Of a stretch of DNA of 64,000 nt, positions 27,265-38,200 are shown in pieces. The translations under genes were made by a program, and so were the position numbers. Source of the DNA: Candidatus Latescibacterota bacterium. GTDB lineage: Bacteria; Latescibacterota; UBA2968; UBA8231. The notes beneath the pieces are model-generated. The model worked only from the letters and a program-made list of their open reading frames with translations, was not told the DNA's origin and made no database searches. Where the stretch lies: positions 3,904,001-3,968,000 of the forward strand of contig OZ220089.1 of assembly GCA_964291625.2 (NCBI GenBank), given 5' to 3'. Numbering within the stretch: the stretch's first letter is position 1; each line of letters opens with the position of its first letter.

Positions 27265-30200
27265 ATGCACGGGAGACCGAAGATCCCGGGAACCCGCACT
27301 CCAGACCCGGCGGTCTCCCGGCACCGGCCTCCTCGCCGGCCCGGCGGCCGGACGGCCCTCCCGAGTCTGATCCTGCCCCTCGCCCTGCCCCTCGCCCTGG
27401 CCCTCGGCTGCGCCCGCGAGCCGGTGGAGGACCTGCCAGCCGCCGTGGCGCCCGAGACGGCGCGGCTGGTGAGCACGGTGACCTCCGGCACGGTGTCGTC
27501 CCGCGGTCCCGTCAAGGTCCGCTTCACGAAGCGCGTCGTCGACGGCAGCCTCCTCGACCACCCGCTGAAGAAGCGGGTCTTCGCCTTCACCCCGCCCATC
27601 GACGGCACCGCCCGGTGGGAGAGCACGCGGGACCTGGTCTTCCGGCCCAACCGGCCCCTGCCCGCGGGCGCGGCCTACCGGGGCCGCCTCGACCTGGCGG
27701 CCCTGCTGCCGGACCGCCCCGACCTCGAGCCCCTGGAGTTCGACTTCACCGTCGCCGGCCGCGAGATCCTCTCCCTCGAAGGCGACTTCGACCTGCGCAC
27801 CGCGGGCGACCCGAAGTACCTGATCTACCGGGGCCGCCTGGAGCTGACCGAAGCGGCGGAGCTGGAGCGCGTGCGCCGGGCCGCGACCCTGCGCCGGGGG
27901 GAGGAGCCGCTGCCCCTGGCCTGGGAGGCGGACGAGGAGGGCCGGGTCTTCACCTTCACCAGCGCCGTCATGAAGAGAGACACCACCGGCCAGACCTACG
28001 TCTTCGCCGTCGACCACGAGGAGCTGGAGGTCTCCCACGCCTGGGAGCGGGAGGTCCCCCTGGCGCCGCTGCAGGAGATGCGGCTGGAGAAGGTGGACAA
28101 GGACGAGGACGGGGACGTGCCCCGGCTGGCCCTGGTGTTCTCGGACGAGCTGGACCCGCGCCAGGACGCGGCGGGGCTGGTGCAGGTGTCCGGCGTCGAG
28201 GTCCGCCTGAAGGCCTCGGGCAAGGAGATCCTCGTGGACGGGGAGTTCGAGCACGGCCGCCGCTACGAGCTGGTCGTCCACCCCGGGATCCGCAGCCGCT
28301 GGGGCACCCGCACGAAGGAGGCCAGTCGGCAGCAGGTCGGGTTCTCCGACCGCAAGCCGGAACTGCGCTTCGCCCGCGACGGCGTCTTCCTGCCGTCGTC
28401 CCGCGACCGGCGGCTGCGCTTCGCCACCCTCAACCTGGGGCGGGTCTACCTGGAGGTGAAGAAGGTCTTCGCTTCCAACCTCGGGCCCTTCCTGCAGAGC
28501 GAGAGCCTGCGCAGCGGCCGGGAGCGCCGCAACTCCTTCCGCGGCTACAACGTGCGCCGCGTCGGCGTGCGCGTCGCCCTCGACACCCTTCAGATCCCCG
28601 ACCAGCGCAACGCCTGGCTGGAGCACGAGCTGGACCTGGGGGCCCTGATCGCCGAGGGGGACCGGGGGATCTTCCTGGTGGAGCTGCGCTTCGCCCACGA
28701 GGACATGTTCTACCGGCCCGCCGGCGGCGCCGAGGAGATCCGCCGCCACTACGACCAGCGGGGCGGACGCCGGCGGGGCCGCGACTACTACTCGGACCCG
28801 CTGTCCGAGGGCTATGCCCGCGCCCACGGCCGGGCGGCCAAGGCCGTGATCGTCAGCGACATCGGGCTCACATACAAGCGGGGCCACGGCCAGCACCTCG
28901 TGTACGCCACCCGCCTCGGCGACGCCCGGCCCCTGTCCGGCGTCGAGGTGATCCTGCGCACCTACCAGGACCAGGTTGCCGCCCGGGGCCGGACCGACGG
29001 CCGCGGGCTGGCGCGGTTCGAGGGCGTCACCGACGAGATCTTCTACGTCGAGGCCGAGCACGAGGGGCAGCGCAGCGTGATCAAGCCGGGCGACATGGCC
29101 TGGAACCTGTCGACCTTCGACGTGGGCGGCGCCGAGGCCCGCCCCGGGCCCCGGGCCTTCATCTACACCGAGCGCGGCGTCTACCGGCCCGGGGACGAGA
29201 TCAACCTCTCCGTCGTCGCCCGGCACCCGGACTACACCTTCCCCGACGACCATCCCGCCACCTGCCGGATCTACAACCCCCGGAACCAGGTGGTCTTCGA
29301 GCAGGTGCGCCGGGGGGCGCGCGAGGGGCTCTACACCTTCTCCTTCGCCACCGGCCCCGACGACCCCACGGGCAACTGGCGGGCCCGGGTGCGCATCGGC
29401 GACAGCACCTTCGACCACGTCCTCAAGATCGAGACCGTCGTCCCCTTCCGGCTCAAGACCGAGATCGCCCCGGACAGGGAACGCCTGGGGAGGGACGACG
29501 AGGTCCTGAAGGCGGACCTGAAGAGCGCCTACCTCTTCGGCGCGCCGGCGGCCGGGCTGCGGGCGGAGCTGAGCGTCTCCCTGCAGAGCGCGCCCAGGAG
29601 CTTCCCGCGCTACGAGGGGTTCACCTTCACCAACGAGGCCGTCGACTACCGGCCGGTGAGCGCCGTGATCTTCAAGGGGACCCTCGACGCCGAGGGGAAA
29701 GCCCGCGCCGAGTGGACCCTGCCCGACCTGTCCGGCGCGCCCTCGGCCCTGCAGGCCCTGCTCAGCGCGCGGGTCCTGGAGAAGGGGGGGCGCCCCAACC
29801 ACGGTCGGCGGCAGATCCCCATCGACCCCTACGACTTCTACGTGGGGCTGAAGAAGCCGGACCTCGACTACGGCTACACCCGCGTCGGGGCGCCGGTGGC
29901 GGTCCCGGTGGTGGTGGCCGACGTCGACGGCCACCCCGTGGCCGGCCGCGGCCTGCGCTGCCGCGTCTACCGCGGCACCACCCACTGGTGGTGGGAGTAC
30001 GAGAGCCGCGACGCCTTCCGCCGGCGCTTCAAGAGCGACCGCCGCACCGAGCGGGTCTCGGAGGAGCGGATCGTCTCGGCCCTGACGCCGGTGGACCTGC
30101 ACTTCGAGCCGGAGGAGCGGGGGGAGTACCTCATCGAGGTCGCCGACGACGGCGGCCGGGGCCACGCCGCCGCGTTCTTCGTGCGCGCCTACCACTGGGG

Positions 30201-32874
30201 CCGCACCCCGGGGGGCGAGGGCAGCGAGGGGGTGATGGTCCTCAAGACCGACCGGGAGCGCTACCGGCCCGGCGACGAGGCCCTCATCCGCTTCCCCGTG
30301 CCCGGCGAGGGCTCCGTCCTGTTCTCCGTCGAGCGGGGCGGACGGGTCCTCGACTCCCGGTGGTACCGCCTCGACGGCCGCCGCGAGGAGGCCAGCATCC
30401 CGGTGCCGGTCACCGCCGACATGATCCCCACCGCCTACGCCACCGTCTCCCTCATCCAGCCCTACGCCCAGACCGGCAACGACCGGCCCCTGCGCCTCTA
30501 CGGCGTCGTGCCGATCGAGGTCCACGACCGGGAGACCCGTCTCGACTTCGACATCCGCATGCCGGAGCCGCTGCGGCCGGGGGAGCCCTTCGAGGTGGAG
30601 GTGCAGGCTTCCGTCGACTTGGCCGCCTTCACCCTCGCCGTGGTCGACGAGGGCCTGCTGGCCCTGACCGACTTCGCCACCCCGGACCCGTGGAAGGCGT
30701 TCTTCCGCAAGCAGCGGCTGGGGGTGAGCACCTTCGACCTCTTCGCCCACGTCATCGGCGCCGCGCGGGGCGACCCCTTCCGCGTCTTCGCCATCGGCGG
30801 CGGCCTGGCCGCCAAGAGGGCGGCGCGGGAGGAGGAGGCCCGCCGCCGGCGCTTCCCACCCGTCTCCATGTTCGCCGGCCCCCTGAGCACCGACGCCTCC
30901 GGCCATGCCCGGGTGCGCTTTGACATGCCCAACTACGTCGGCGCCGTGCGGGCAATGGTCGTGGGTGCCCGGGGGAAGCGCTTCGGCCGCGCCGAGAAGA
31001 CGGTGGCGGTGAAGAGCGACCTCATGGTGCTCTCCACCCTGCCGCGGGTCATCGGCCCCGGGGACCGCGTCGAGGTGCCGGTCACCCTCTTCGGCATGGC
31101 CGACAGCCTCGGCGCCGTGGAGATCACCATCGGGGTGGAGGGACCGCTGACCGCCGTCGGGGAGACCCGCAAGCAGGTGGAATTCACCGCCCCCGGGGAG
31201 CGGGACCTGACCTTCGAGCTGGAGGCCGCCCTGGCCGTGGGTCCGGCGACGGTGGTGGTCGAGGCCTCCTCCGCCTCCGGGGCCCGAGCCTCGCGGCGGA
31301 CCGACCTGGAGGTCCGGGCCTCGTCGCCGGTGGTCTACGAGAGCGAGGAGCGCGCGGTCCGTCCCGGAGAGGCCGTCACCCTCACCGTGCCGGACAAGGG
31401 GATGCCCGGAACCAACCGGGCCCGGGTCAGCGTGCGCCGCCGGCCCGGCTTCAACTTCGACAACCAGATGCTCGGCCTGGTGCGCTACCCGTACGGCTGC
31501 CTGGAGCAGATCGTCTCCTCCGTCTTCCCCCAGCTCTACCTCAAGGACCTGGTCGACCTGACGCCGGAGGAGCGCCGCATCGTCGCCGCCGACATCGACG
31601 AGCGCGTCAACGAGGCGATCGCCCGCCTGCGGCGCTTCCGCCTGCCCGACGCCTCCTTCAGCCTGTGGCCGGGGCAGCGGCAGCCGTCGGCCTGGGGCAG
31701 CACCTGGGCCGGGCACTTCCTCATCGAGGCCCGGGCCCTCGGCTACCACGTGCCCGAGGAGCTGCTCCAGGGATGGCTGCGCTACCAGCACCTCCAGTCG
31801 GGCCTGACCCGCGACCGCCTGAAGGTGCGCGTCTACCGCGTCTACCTCCTGGCCCTGGCCGGCGACCCCGCCCTCGGCGCCATGAACCTGCTCAAGGAGA
31901 ACGAGGTCGGCAGCATGTCCAACCTGGAGAAGTGGCTGATGGCCTCGGCCTACCAGCTCGCCGGGATCCAGGAGACGGCCGACGAGATCGCCCGCGCCGC
32001 CGGCGTCGAGGTCGACGAGTACCGCGAGCTGGGCCACACCTACGGCTCGCGGCTGCGCGACCAGGCCCTCATCCTCGACGCCCTGGTCCTCTTCCGGCGA
32101 TGGGGGGCCGCGGACGAGCTGGCCGTGGAGGTGGCCCAGGGCGTCACCCGCGGCTGGCACTCCACCCAGACCACCGGCGCCGCCCTGCTCGCCCTGGGCA
32201 AGTACGTCCGCGCCCTCCAGGGAGACGGATCCCCGGCGCCGCTCAGCGGCACGATCCTGCTGCCAGGCGGCGAGCCGGTGCCCTTCCAGACAGAGAGCCT
32301 GGGCTGGCAGGTGGAGATCGACAGCGGCTTCGGCGGCCAGGTGGAGGTGCGCCTCGACTCGGCCGTCGCCGTGGAGCGCGCCTTCGCCGCCCTCGACTGG
32401 GAGGGCGTGCCGTTGCGGGGTCAGGTGGGGGACGAGGAGGGCCGCATCCGGCTGTCCGTGGACTGGCTCGACGAGGACGGCATGCCGATCTCCCCGGACA
32501 CCCTGGCCCAGGGGACCGCCTTCTGGGGGCGCATCCGCGTCGAGAACCGCAGCCGCGAGCACGACCTCGAGGAGGTGGCGCTGACCCAGATGCTGCCGGC
32601 CGGCTGGGAGATCGAGAGCCCCCGGCTGGCGGCCGGGAGCCGTCCGCCCTGGATGAAGAAGTGGCGCCTCAACGGGGAGGAGTACCTCGACGTGCGCGAC
32701 GACCGCGCCGACTGGTTCTTCGACCTGCCGCCCGGAGGCCGGCCCCTCGACTTCGCCCTCAAGCTCAACGCCGTGACCCGCGGGACCTTCGCCCTGCCGC
32801 CGACCCAGGTGGAGGCGATGTACGACCGCGACTTCCGGGCCCGCAAGGCGGGGGGGACGGTGGTGGTCCGGTGA
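27265..32874 (+). CDS. bacterial alpha-2-macroglobulin family lipoprotein (YfhM-like)
   Basis: Lipobox LALGC, FIYTERGVYRPGD (MG2), AVVDEG, thioester YPYGCLEQ, WHSTQ, VRDDR, EAMYD. Confidence 0.95.
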   Translation: MHGRPKIPGTRTPDPAVSRHRPPRRPGGRTALPSLILPLALPLALALGCAREPVEDLPAAVAPETARLVSTVTSGTVSSRGPVKVRFTKRVVDGSLLDHPLKKRVFAFTPPIDGTARWESTRDLVFRPNRPLPAGAAYRGRLDLAALLPDRPDLEPLEFDFTVAGREILSLEGDFDLRTAGDPKYLIYRGRLELTEAAELERVRRAATLRRGEEPLPLAWEADEEGRVFTFTSAVMKRDTTGQTYVFAVDHEELEVSHAWEREVPLAPLQEMRLEKVDKDEDGDVPRLALVFSDELDPRQDAAGLVQVSGVEVRLKASGKEILVDGEFEHGRRYELVVHPGIRSRWGTRTKEASRQQVGFSDRKPELRFARDGVFLPSSRDRRLRFATLNLGRVYLEVKKVFASNLGPFLQSESLRSGRERRNSFRGYNVRRVGVRVALDTLQIPDQRNAWLEHELDLGALIAEGDRGIFLVELRFAHEDMFYRPAGGAEEIRRHYDQRGGRRRGRDYYSDPLSEGYARAHGRAAKAVIVSDIGLTYKRGHGQHLVYATRLGDARPLSGVEVILRTYQDQVAARGRTDGRGLARFEGVTDEIFYVEAEHEGQRSVIKPGDMAWNLSTFDVGGAEARPGPRAFIYTERGVYRPGDEINLSVVARHPDYTFPDDHPATCRIYNPRNQVVFEQVRRGAREGLYTFSFATGPDDPTGNWRARVRIGDSTFDHVLKIETVVPFRLKTEIAPDRERLGRDDEVLKADLKSAYLFGAPAAGLRAELSVSLQSAPRSFPRYEGFTFTNEAVDYRPVSAVIFKGTLDAEGKARAEWTLPDLSGAPSALQALLSARVLEKGGRPNHGRRQIPIDPYDFYVGLKKPDLDYGYTRVGAPVAVPVVVADVDGHPVAGRGLRCRVYRGTTHWWWEYESRDAFRRRFKSDRRTERVSEERIVSALTPVDLHFEPEERGEYLIEVADDGGRGHAAAFFVRAYHWGRTPGGEGSEGVMVLKTDRERYRPGDEALIRFPVPGEGSVLFSVERGGRVLDSRWYRLDGRREEASIPVPVTADMIPTAYATVSLIQPYAQTGNDRPLRLYGVVPIEVHDRETRLDFDIRMPEPLRPGEPFEVEVQASVDLAAFTLAVVDEGLLALTDFATPDPWKAFFRKQRLGVSTFDLFAHVIGAARGDPFRVFAIGGGLAAKRAAREEEARRRRFPPVSMFAGPLSTDASGHARVRFDMPNYVGAVRAMVVGARGKRFGRAEKTVAVKSDLMVLSTLPRVIGPGDRVEVPVTLFGMADSLGAVEITIGVEGPLTAVGETRKQVEFTAPGERDLTFELEAALAVGPATVVVEASSASGARASRRTDLEVRASSPVVYESEERAVRPGEAVTLTVPDKGMPGTNRARVSVRRRPGFNFDNQMLGLVRYPYGCLEQIVSSVFPQLYLKDLVDLTPEERRIVAADIDERVNEAIARLRRFRLPDASFSLWPGQRQPSAWGSTWAGHFLIEARALGYHVPEELLQGWLRYQHLQSGLTRDRLKVRVYRVYLLALAGDPALGAMNLLKENEVGSMSNLEKWLMASAYQLAGIQETADEIARAAGVEVDEYRELGHTYGSRLRDQALILDALVLFRRWGAADELAVEVAQGVTRGWHSTQTTGAALLALGKYVRALQGDGSPAPLSGTILLPGGEPVPFQTESLGWQVEIDSGFGGQVEVRLDSAVAVERAFAALDWEGVPLRGQVGDEEGRIRLSVDWLDEDGMPISPDTLAQGTAFWGRIRVENRSREHDLEEVALTQMLPAGWEIESPRLAAGSRPPWMKKWRLNGEEYLDVRDDRADWFFDLPPGGRPLDFALKLNAVTRGTFALPPTQVEAMYDRDFRARKAGGTVVVR

Positions 32875-32923
32875 GGGGGGCTTTGGCAGGCCCGGGCAAG
32901 ATTCCCACCGTGGCCCGGGCACT

Positions 32924-32952
32924 TTGACCATGATTTGCAGGGCCAGTACCTT
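32924..32952 (+). promoter_or_regulatory. possible promoter of the MNT-HEPN pair
   Basis: TTGACC, 17 bp, TACCTT. Confidence 0.4.
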
Positions 32953-32994
32953 CGGCGAAACAGCAGAACTGCCCCACTTGTAGACCGCTTCGAC

Positions 32995-33390
32995 ATGCTC
33001 CGGAACACGAACAGCGACTCTTACATCGAAGCTTGGCGGGAGCGCCTTCACCGCGAGACCGCGGAGTTGGACAGGGCGCTTGCGGAAGCCCGCGCCAGGG
33101 CGAAGGACTGCGCCGCGTTGCTGGCGGGCAAATTCGGCGCCTCCGAGGTCTATCTCATCGGCTCCGTCGCGGGCATGGGGCGCTTCCACGAGAGATCCGA
33201 CATCGACCTCTGCGCACTCGGCCTCGACTCGCGCCGCTACCTCCAAGCCCTGTCCGAAGCGGCGGAGATCGCTGGGCGGGACGTCGACCTCATCCTGCTC
33301 GAGGAGGCGCCGCCGGAGTTGGCCCTCCGCACGGAACGGGAAGGAGTTCTACTTCATGGGCGCCCGGAAGTTCCTGCTTCTCAAGGCTGA
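32995..33390 (+). CDS. minimal nucleotidyltransferase (MntA-like antitoxin)
   Basis: YLIGSVA...SDIDL and DVDLI motifs. Confidence 0.88.
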   Translation: MLRNTNSDSYIEAWRERLHRETAELDRALAEARARAKDCAALLAGKFGASEVYLIGSVAGMGRFHERSDIDLCALGLDSRRYLQALSEAAEIAGRDVDLILLEEAPPELALRTEREGVLLHGRPEVPASQG

Positions 33391-33844
33391 CATCGACCGG
33401 GAGATGGCGCAGATCGAGCGCCTGCTCGATGAATCTCGGAGCGATCTGAGCGGCGTGGGCGACATACCGAGCCGCGTAGAAGTGCGCGTGGTGGGGAGCA
33501 TCCTGCAAGACTTCTACTCAGGGGTCGAGCGTGTCTTCGAGCGCATCGCCCTGGAGCTGGACGGGGAGTTGCCTCGGGGCAGAGACTGGCACAGCCAGCT
33601 CCTGAACCGGATGGGGGAAGATATCGAGGGCGTCCGCCCCCGGGTCCTGACCTCCAACCTTGCCGAGCGGCTGCGGACGTTTCTGCGTTTCCGGCATCTG
33701 TTCCGGAACATCTATGGCGGGCAGTTGCACCTGGAGCGAAGCACCGAACTCCTTGCAGAGGTGGATGAGGTGTGGCCGCTCCTGAAGCAGCAGATGCAGG
33801 AGTTCACGGGCGTGCTGCGGCAGCTTCACGACGGCTGCCGGTGA
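33356..33844 (+). CDS. HepT-like HEPN ribonuclease toxin
   Basis: LQDFYSGVERVF, WHSQLL, FRHLFRNIY; overlaps the MNT gene. Confidence 0.85.
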   Translation: MGARKFLLLKADIDREMAQIERLLDESRSDLSGVGDIPSRVEVRVVGSILQDFYSGVERVFERIALELDGELPRGRDWHSQLLNRMGEDIEGVRPRVLTSNLAERLRTFLRFRHLFRNIYGGQLHLERSTELLAEVDEVWPLLKQQMQEFTGVLRQLHDGCR

Positions 33845-33949
33845 AGATTCCCTCCTCGTCCAGCGGCCCTGATCAGCCCACCCCGGCCAGCATGCAGTAG
33901 CCCCCCGACCCCGGGTGCGGCGGGCTCGGCCGGTGCGAATGTCAGCCAT

Positions 33950-33965
33950 TGAGTAAATTCACTCA
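33950..33965. promoter_or_regulatory. AT-rich palindrome, candidate operator
   Basis: TGAGTAAATTCACTCA, 14/16 self-complementary, 19 bp before the ATG at 33985. Confidence 0.5.
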
Positions 33966-33984
33966 GTAGCGTAATTTCCTGGGC

Positions 33985-35268
33985 ATGGAGTCCTTCCAAC
34001 GCGCCCAGGTCGACACCCTCGTCCAGCGGCTGGCCGAGCCCCCCCGCTACATCACTGCCCTCTTCGGGCCTCGCCAGACCGGCAAGACCACCATCGCCCG
34101 CCAGGCCTTGGCGCGGACCGATCTGCCCAGCCGCTACTTGGCCATCGACGAACCGGACCCTGCCGATCCCCCGTTCCCATACGACGAGACCGCGCTGACC
34201 TTCCCTGTGACCTCGCAGCGGGAGCGGGACACGCGATGGCTGGTTCGCCAATGGGAAGCTGCCCGGACCGAGGCGGAACGATCTCCGCGCGGGTCTGTGC
34301 TGGTCCTCGACGAGGTCCAGAGGATCCCGGACTGGTCGGAGACCGTGAAGGGGCTGTGGGACGGCGACCGCCTCCGCGACTGCCTCTTGCGCGTGGTCAT
34401 CCTGGGCTCGGCCCCGCTGCTCATGCAGTCGGGCCTGAGCGAGAGCCTCGCCGGCCGCTTCGAGACCATCCGCGTCACCCACTGGTCCTTCGCGGAGATG
34501 TCCGAGGCCTTCGGCTTCGACCTGCTGCAATACCTCTACTTCGGGGGGTACCCGGGCGCCGCCTACCTCGTCCGGGAGCCCGACCGCTGGCGCGGCTACA
34601 TCCTCGGCGCCCTCTTGGAGCCGAACATCGAGCGCGACCTGCTGGCCATGACCCGCGTGGACAAGCCGGCCCTGCTCAAGCGCCTCTTCGAGCTGGGCGC
34701 CGAGTGCTCCGGGCAGATCGTGTCCTACACCAAGATGCTGGGCCAGCTCCACGACGCCGGGAACACGACGACCCTGGCGCGTTATCTCGATCTGCTGGCC
34801 AAGGTCGGCCTGCTCGCCGGACTGCAGAAGTACACCGGCAGTCCCGTCTCGCGGCGGGGGTCCATCCCCAAGCTCAACGTGCTCAACACGGCCCTGATGA
34901 CGGCCGGCTCGGCGTACTCCTTCGACGAGGCCCGGGCCGACCGCACCTTCTGGGGCCGCATCGTCGAGAGTGCGGTCGGCGCCCACCTGTTGAACACGGC
35001 GGAATCCGATATGCGCCTCCACTACTGGCGGGAAGGTCAGCACGAGGTGGATTTCGTGCTGAAGCGGGGGCGACGGTCGGTGGCCGTGGAGGTGAAGAGT
35101 GGGGGGGAGGGGAGGCCGGCGCGGGAAAGGAGGCCGTTGCGGGGAATGGAGGAGTTCGAGCGGCGCTTCGATCGCTGCCGCGGGCTGCTGGTCGGGGAGG
35201 GCGGGATCCCGCTCAACGAGTTCCTCACGGCGCCGGCGGGCGAGTGGTTCGCGGAGGCATGGGCGTGA
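33985..35268 (+). CDS. AAA_14 ATPase with C-terminal DUF4143 (PD-(D/E)xK-like) domain
   Basis: GPRQTGKT, VLDEVQ, LGS, ESLAGR, GGYP, EVDFV...VEVKSG. Confidence 0.93.
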   Translation: MESFQRAQVDTLVQRLAEPPRYITALFGPRQTGKTTIARQALARTDLPSRYLAIDEPDPADPPFPYDETALTFPVTSQRERDTRWLVRQWEAARTEAERSPRGSVLVLDEVQRIPDWSETVKGLWDGDRLRDCLLRVVILGSAPLLMQSGLSESLAGRFETIRVTHWSFAEMSEAFGFDLLQYLYFGGYPGAAYLVREPDRWRGYILGALLEPNIERDLLAMTRVDKPALLKRLFELGAECSGQIVSYTKMLGQLHDAGNTTTLARYLDLLAKVGLLAGLQKYTGSPVSRRGSIPKLNVLNTALMTAGSAYSFDEARADRTFWGRIVESAVGAHLLNTAESDMRLHYWREGQHEVDFVLKRGRRSVAVEVKSGGEGRPARERRPLRGMEEFERRFDRCRGLLVGEGGIPLNEFLTAPAGEWFAEAWA

Positions 35269-38200
35269 TCGTCTCGCGCACCTGCACGGAGATCTCCCGG
35301 AGGGATGGCGAGCGTCCTCAGCAAGAGGAGAGGCGGTCCCGCCCTCTTGAGGAGTTCCGGGATACGCCGGCCTACGTGTTGGTGGGCGATCCTGGCGCCG
35401 GCAAGACGACCGCCTTCGAGACGGAGCGCGAGGCGCTTGGGGAGAAGGCCTTCCTGGTGACCGCCCGCGACTTCCTGACCTTCGATCCGCAGCACCACCC
35501 CGAGTGGCGCGGCAAGACTCTCTTCATCGACGGGCTCGATGAGATCCGAGCCGGCTCGTCGGACGTGAGAACGCCCTTCGACCAAGTTCGGGGGAGGCTG
35601 GACTCGCTGGGCAAGCCACGCTTCCGGTTGTCGTGCAGGGAGGCGGACTGGCTGGGCGAGAACGACCGGAAGCACCTGGAGGCGGTCTCGCCGGATTCCA
35701 GCGTGACGGTGGTGCGCCTCGATCCCCTGACGGATGAGGACATCGCCAGAATCCTGGATGCCCGGCGCGACATCCAGGATGCGGATGCTTTCATCAAGGC
35801 AGCGAAGGAGCGACGGGTAGAGGGGCTGCTGCCGAACCCGCTGACCCTGGAGATGCTGGCCGATGTCGTCGGTGGGGGAAGCGGATGGCCGGAGAGCCGC
35901 ATGCAGACCTTCGCGATGGCCTGCCTTCAGATGGTCCGTGAGCACAACGAGGAGCGTGCAGCTGCGCAGGAGTCTGGCAGTTCACCTGCGCTTGGCGAGC
36001 TTCTCGACGCCGCCGGGCGTCTCTGCGCCATTCAGTTGATTTCGGGCGGGTCCGGGTACACGTTGCATGGCGAGGGGGACGAGGAGTATCTGTCCCTGGA
36101 CGAGTGCGATTACGACGTCCAGGTGCTGCGGTTTGCATTGTCCACGAAGCTGTTCAAGGGTGTTTCCAGCAATCGCTTCGCCCCTGTCCACCGCCACGTT
36201 GCCGAGTATCTCGGAGGTCGGCACCTCGCCGAAGTCATCGAGAATGGGCTCCCCGCCTGCAGGGTGATCGCCATGATGACGGGTGAGGACGGCACCGTGG
36301 TCACGGAGATGAGGGGCCTGTCGGCTTGGCTCGCGGCTCTCTCGTGCCAGATCCAGGAGGACCTCATCCAGGGCGATCCCGTAGGTGTCGGGCTGTACGG
36401 CGATATTGGGCAGTTCACCCTCGATGGGAAACGGGCCCTACTGCAATCGCTGAAGCGAGAGGGGGCTCGCCTGGATTCAGTGTGGACGTGTGCCGGGAGC
36501 TTTGGCGCCCTTGCTACATCGGAGATGGAAGCCGACCTCCGGGAGGTCCTACTGGACACCGACCGGAGCAGAGACCATCAAGCGTTCACCGACTTCGTCT
36601 TGCGTTTCCTGGGAGAGGGCACCCCTCTACCAGATATTGGTGGTCTCCTAATCGAGCTGGTCCGCGATGACAGGCGGTGGCCTCGGGTCAACACATCCGC
36701 CCTCAATGCCTTCATCCACAACTGCCCGGACAGCCAGGACAGAGCCGACGGACTGAAGTCGTTGCTGGCTGATATTCGCGCTGAGCGTGTCTCCGATCCC
36801 GACAAGGAGTTGTTTGGCACCCTGCTGACCCATCTCTACCCACAGGAGCTTCTTCCTTCGGAGATATGGGAATATCTCTCCGCGCAAGGCCATCCGGAGC
36901 TTTACGGTACGTACCGTCGCTTCTGGGATACCAGACTCGTCGAGCAGTCGTCGGACGAACAGCTGGCCGAGCTCCTCGATCATCTGCCGCTACGGCTTCC
37001 CAGATTGAGGACTGCTCTGGATACCCGCCACTTGAGCGCGCTTCCCCTGAAGCTCCTGGCCGGCGGTCTGGAGCTACATGGAGACCACTTGGAACCCGAA
37101 CGCCTGTACGACTGGCTCAGTGCGGGTCTATTGTGGGATGAAGATCCGCAGACCTCAAGGCTCGGGGCCGAACCCATCCGCCGGATACGAGACTGGCTGG
37201 AGGAGCACCCCGAGAGCCGGAAGGCAGTCCATGCGGAGGGCTTGGATAGGTCCCTTAGCTCAGACGAGTTCCAGTCTTTCTCGTTCACTGTTCGAAAGCG
37301 CCTGTATGGTGCCAGCCCACCTCCCGACTTCGGCCTCTGGTGCCTGGAACGGGCGGTGTCCATGGCGAATGAGAGACCACTGGCTGCAGGGCACCTATTG
37401 GAAATGGCCTTCCAGGCCCATTGCCATCGCAGCGGCAATGCTGACCTGTCGCTCGAAGTCTTGCAAGAGCAGGCACGGAAGAACGTGAGACTTGAGAAAT
37501 GTCTGGATCAACTGCTCTCGGCTCCGTCCACCTACCAGGAGCATCATCAAGAGCATCTGGAGTATCAGGAGAAGCGCCAGCAGGCAGAGGAAAGAGAACA
37601 GCAGCAGTGGCTTGATTGTGTTCGCTCACAGAAGACAGAGCTGCTCGAGAACCGGGCAGCGCCTCAACTTCTTTACCACTTGGCTACCCACTACTTCATG
37701 GGCCCGAAGGCGATCGAAGAGCAACTCCGAGGAGACCGTGGCTTGATCGACGCCGTGCTCCATGGCCTTCGAGGGGTGATCGACCGGAAGGACGTTCCGG
37801 ACCTGTCGGAGATTCTGCGCCTCAGGAAAGAGAAGAAGACGCACTTTCTGGACCGGCCTTTCCTGGCGAGCATCGAGATGGCCGAGAGTGCGACAGACCC
37901 ATTCGAATGGGATGACGATCTGGTCCGCAAGGCGATAGGCTTCTACTACTGCTCAGACCTCTCGAATCATGAACTTCAATGGTATCGACGGCTCCTTGGC
38001 GAGCGTCCCGAGACCGTGGGGCAAGTACTTGTGCAATTTGCCCTATCTGGGTTCCGTGATGGCAGGGAGACCGACAGGCTATCGGGACTCCTGGATGACC
38101 CGCAGTACGCGACGGTTGCCAACCAGGTGAGCTTGCCCCTGCTGCGCTCCTTTCCGACGCGCTGCAAGGTGGCGCAGATCCAGGACTTGAAGTACCTGCT

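Noticed and set aside
27163-33246. 2027-aa minus-strand ORF and similar long antisense ORFs (115..1512, 1521..3467, 58935..60479)
   Set aside because: Shadow frames of GC3-rich genes on the opposite strand, with no motifs.
34236-35264. N-terminal extension of the NACHT ORF as a possible effector domain
   Set aside because: It overlaps the AAA gene in another frame and has Arg/Pro/Gly-rich junk composition; SD plus GTG at 35265 fits better.
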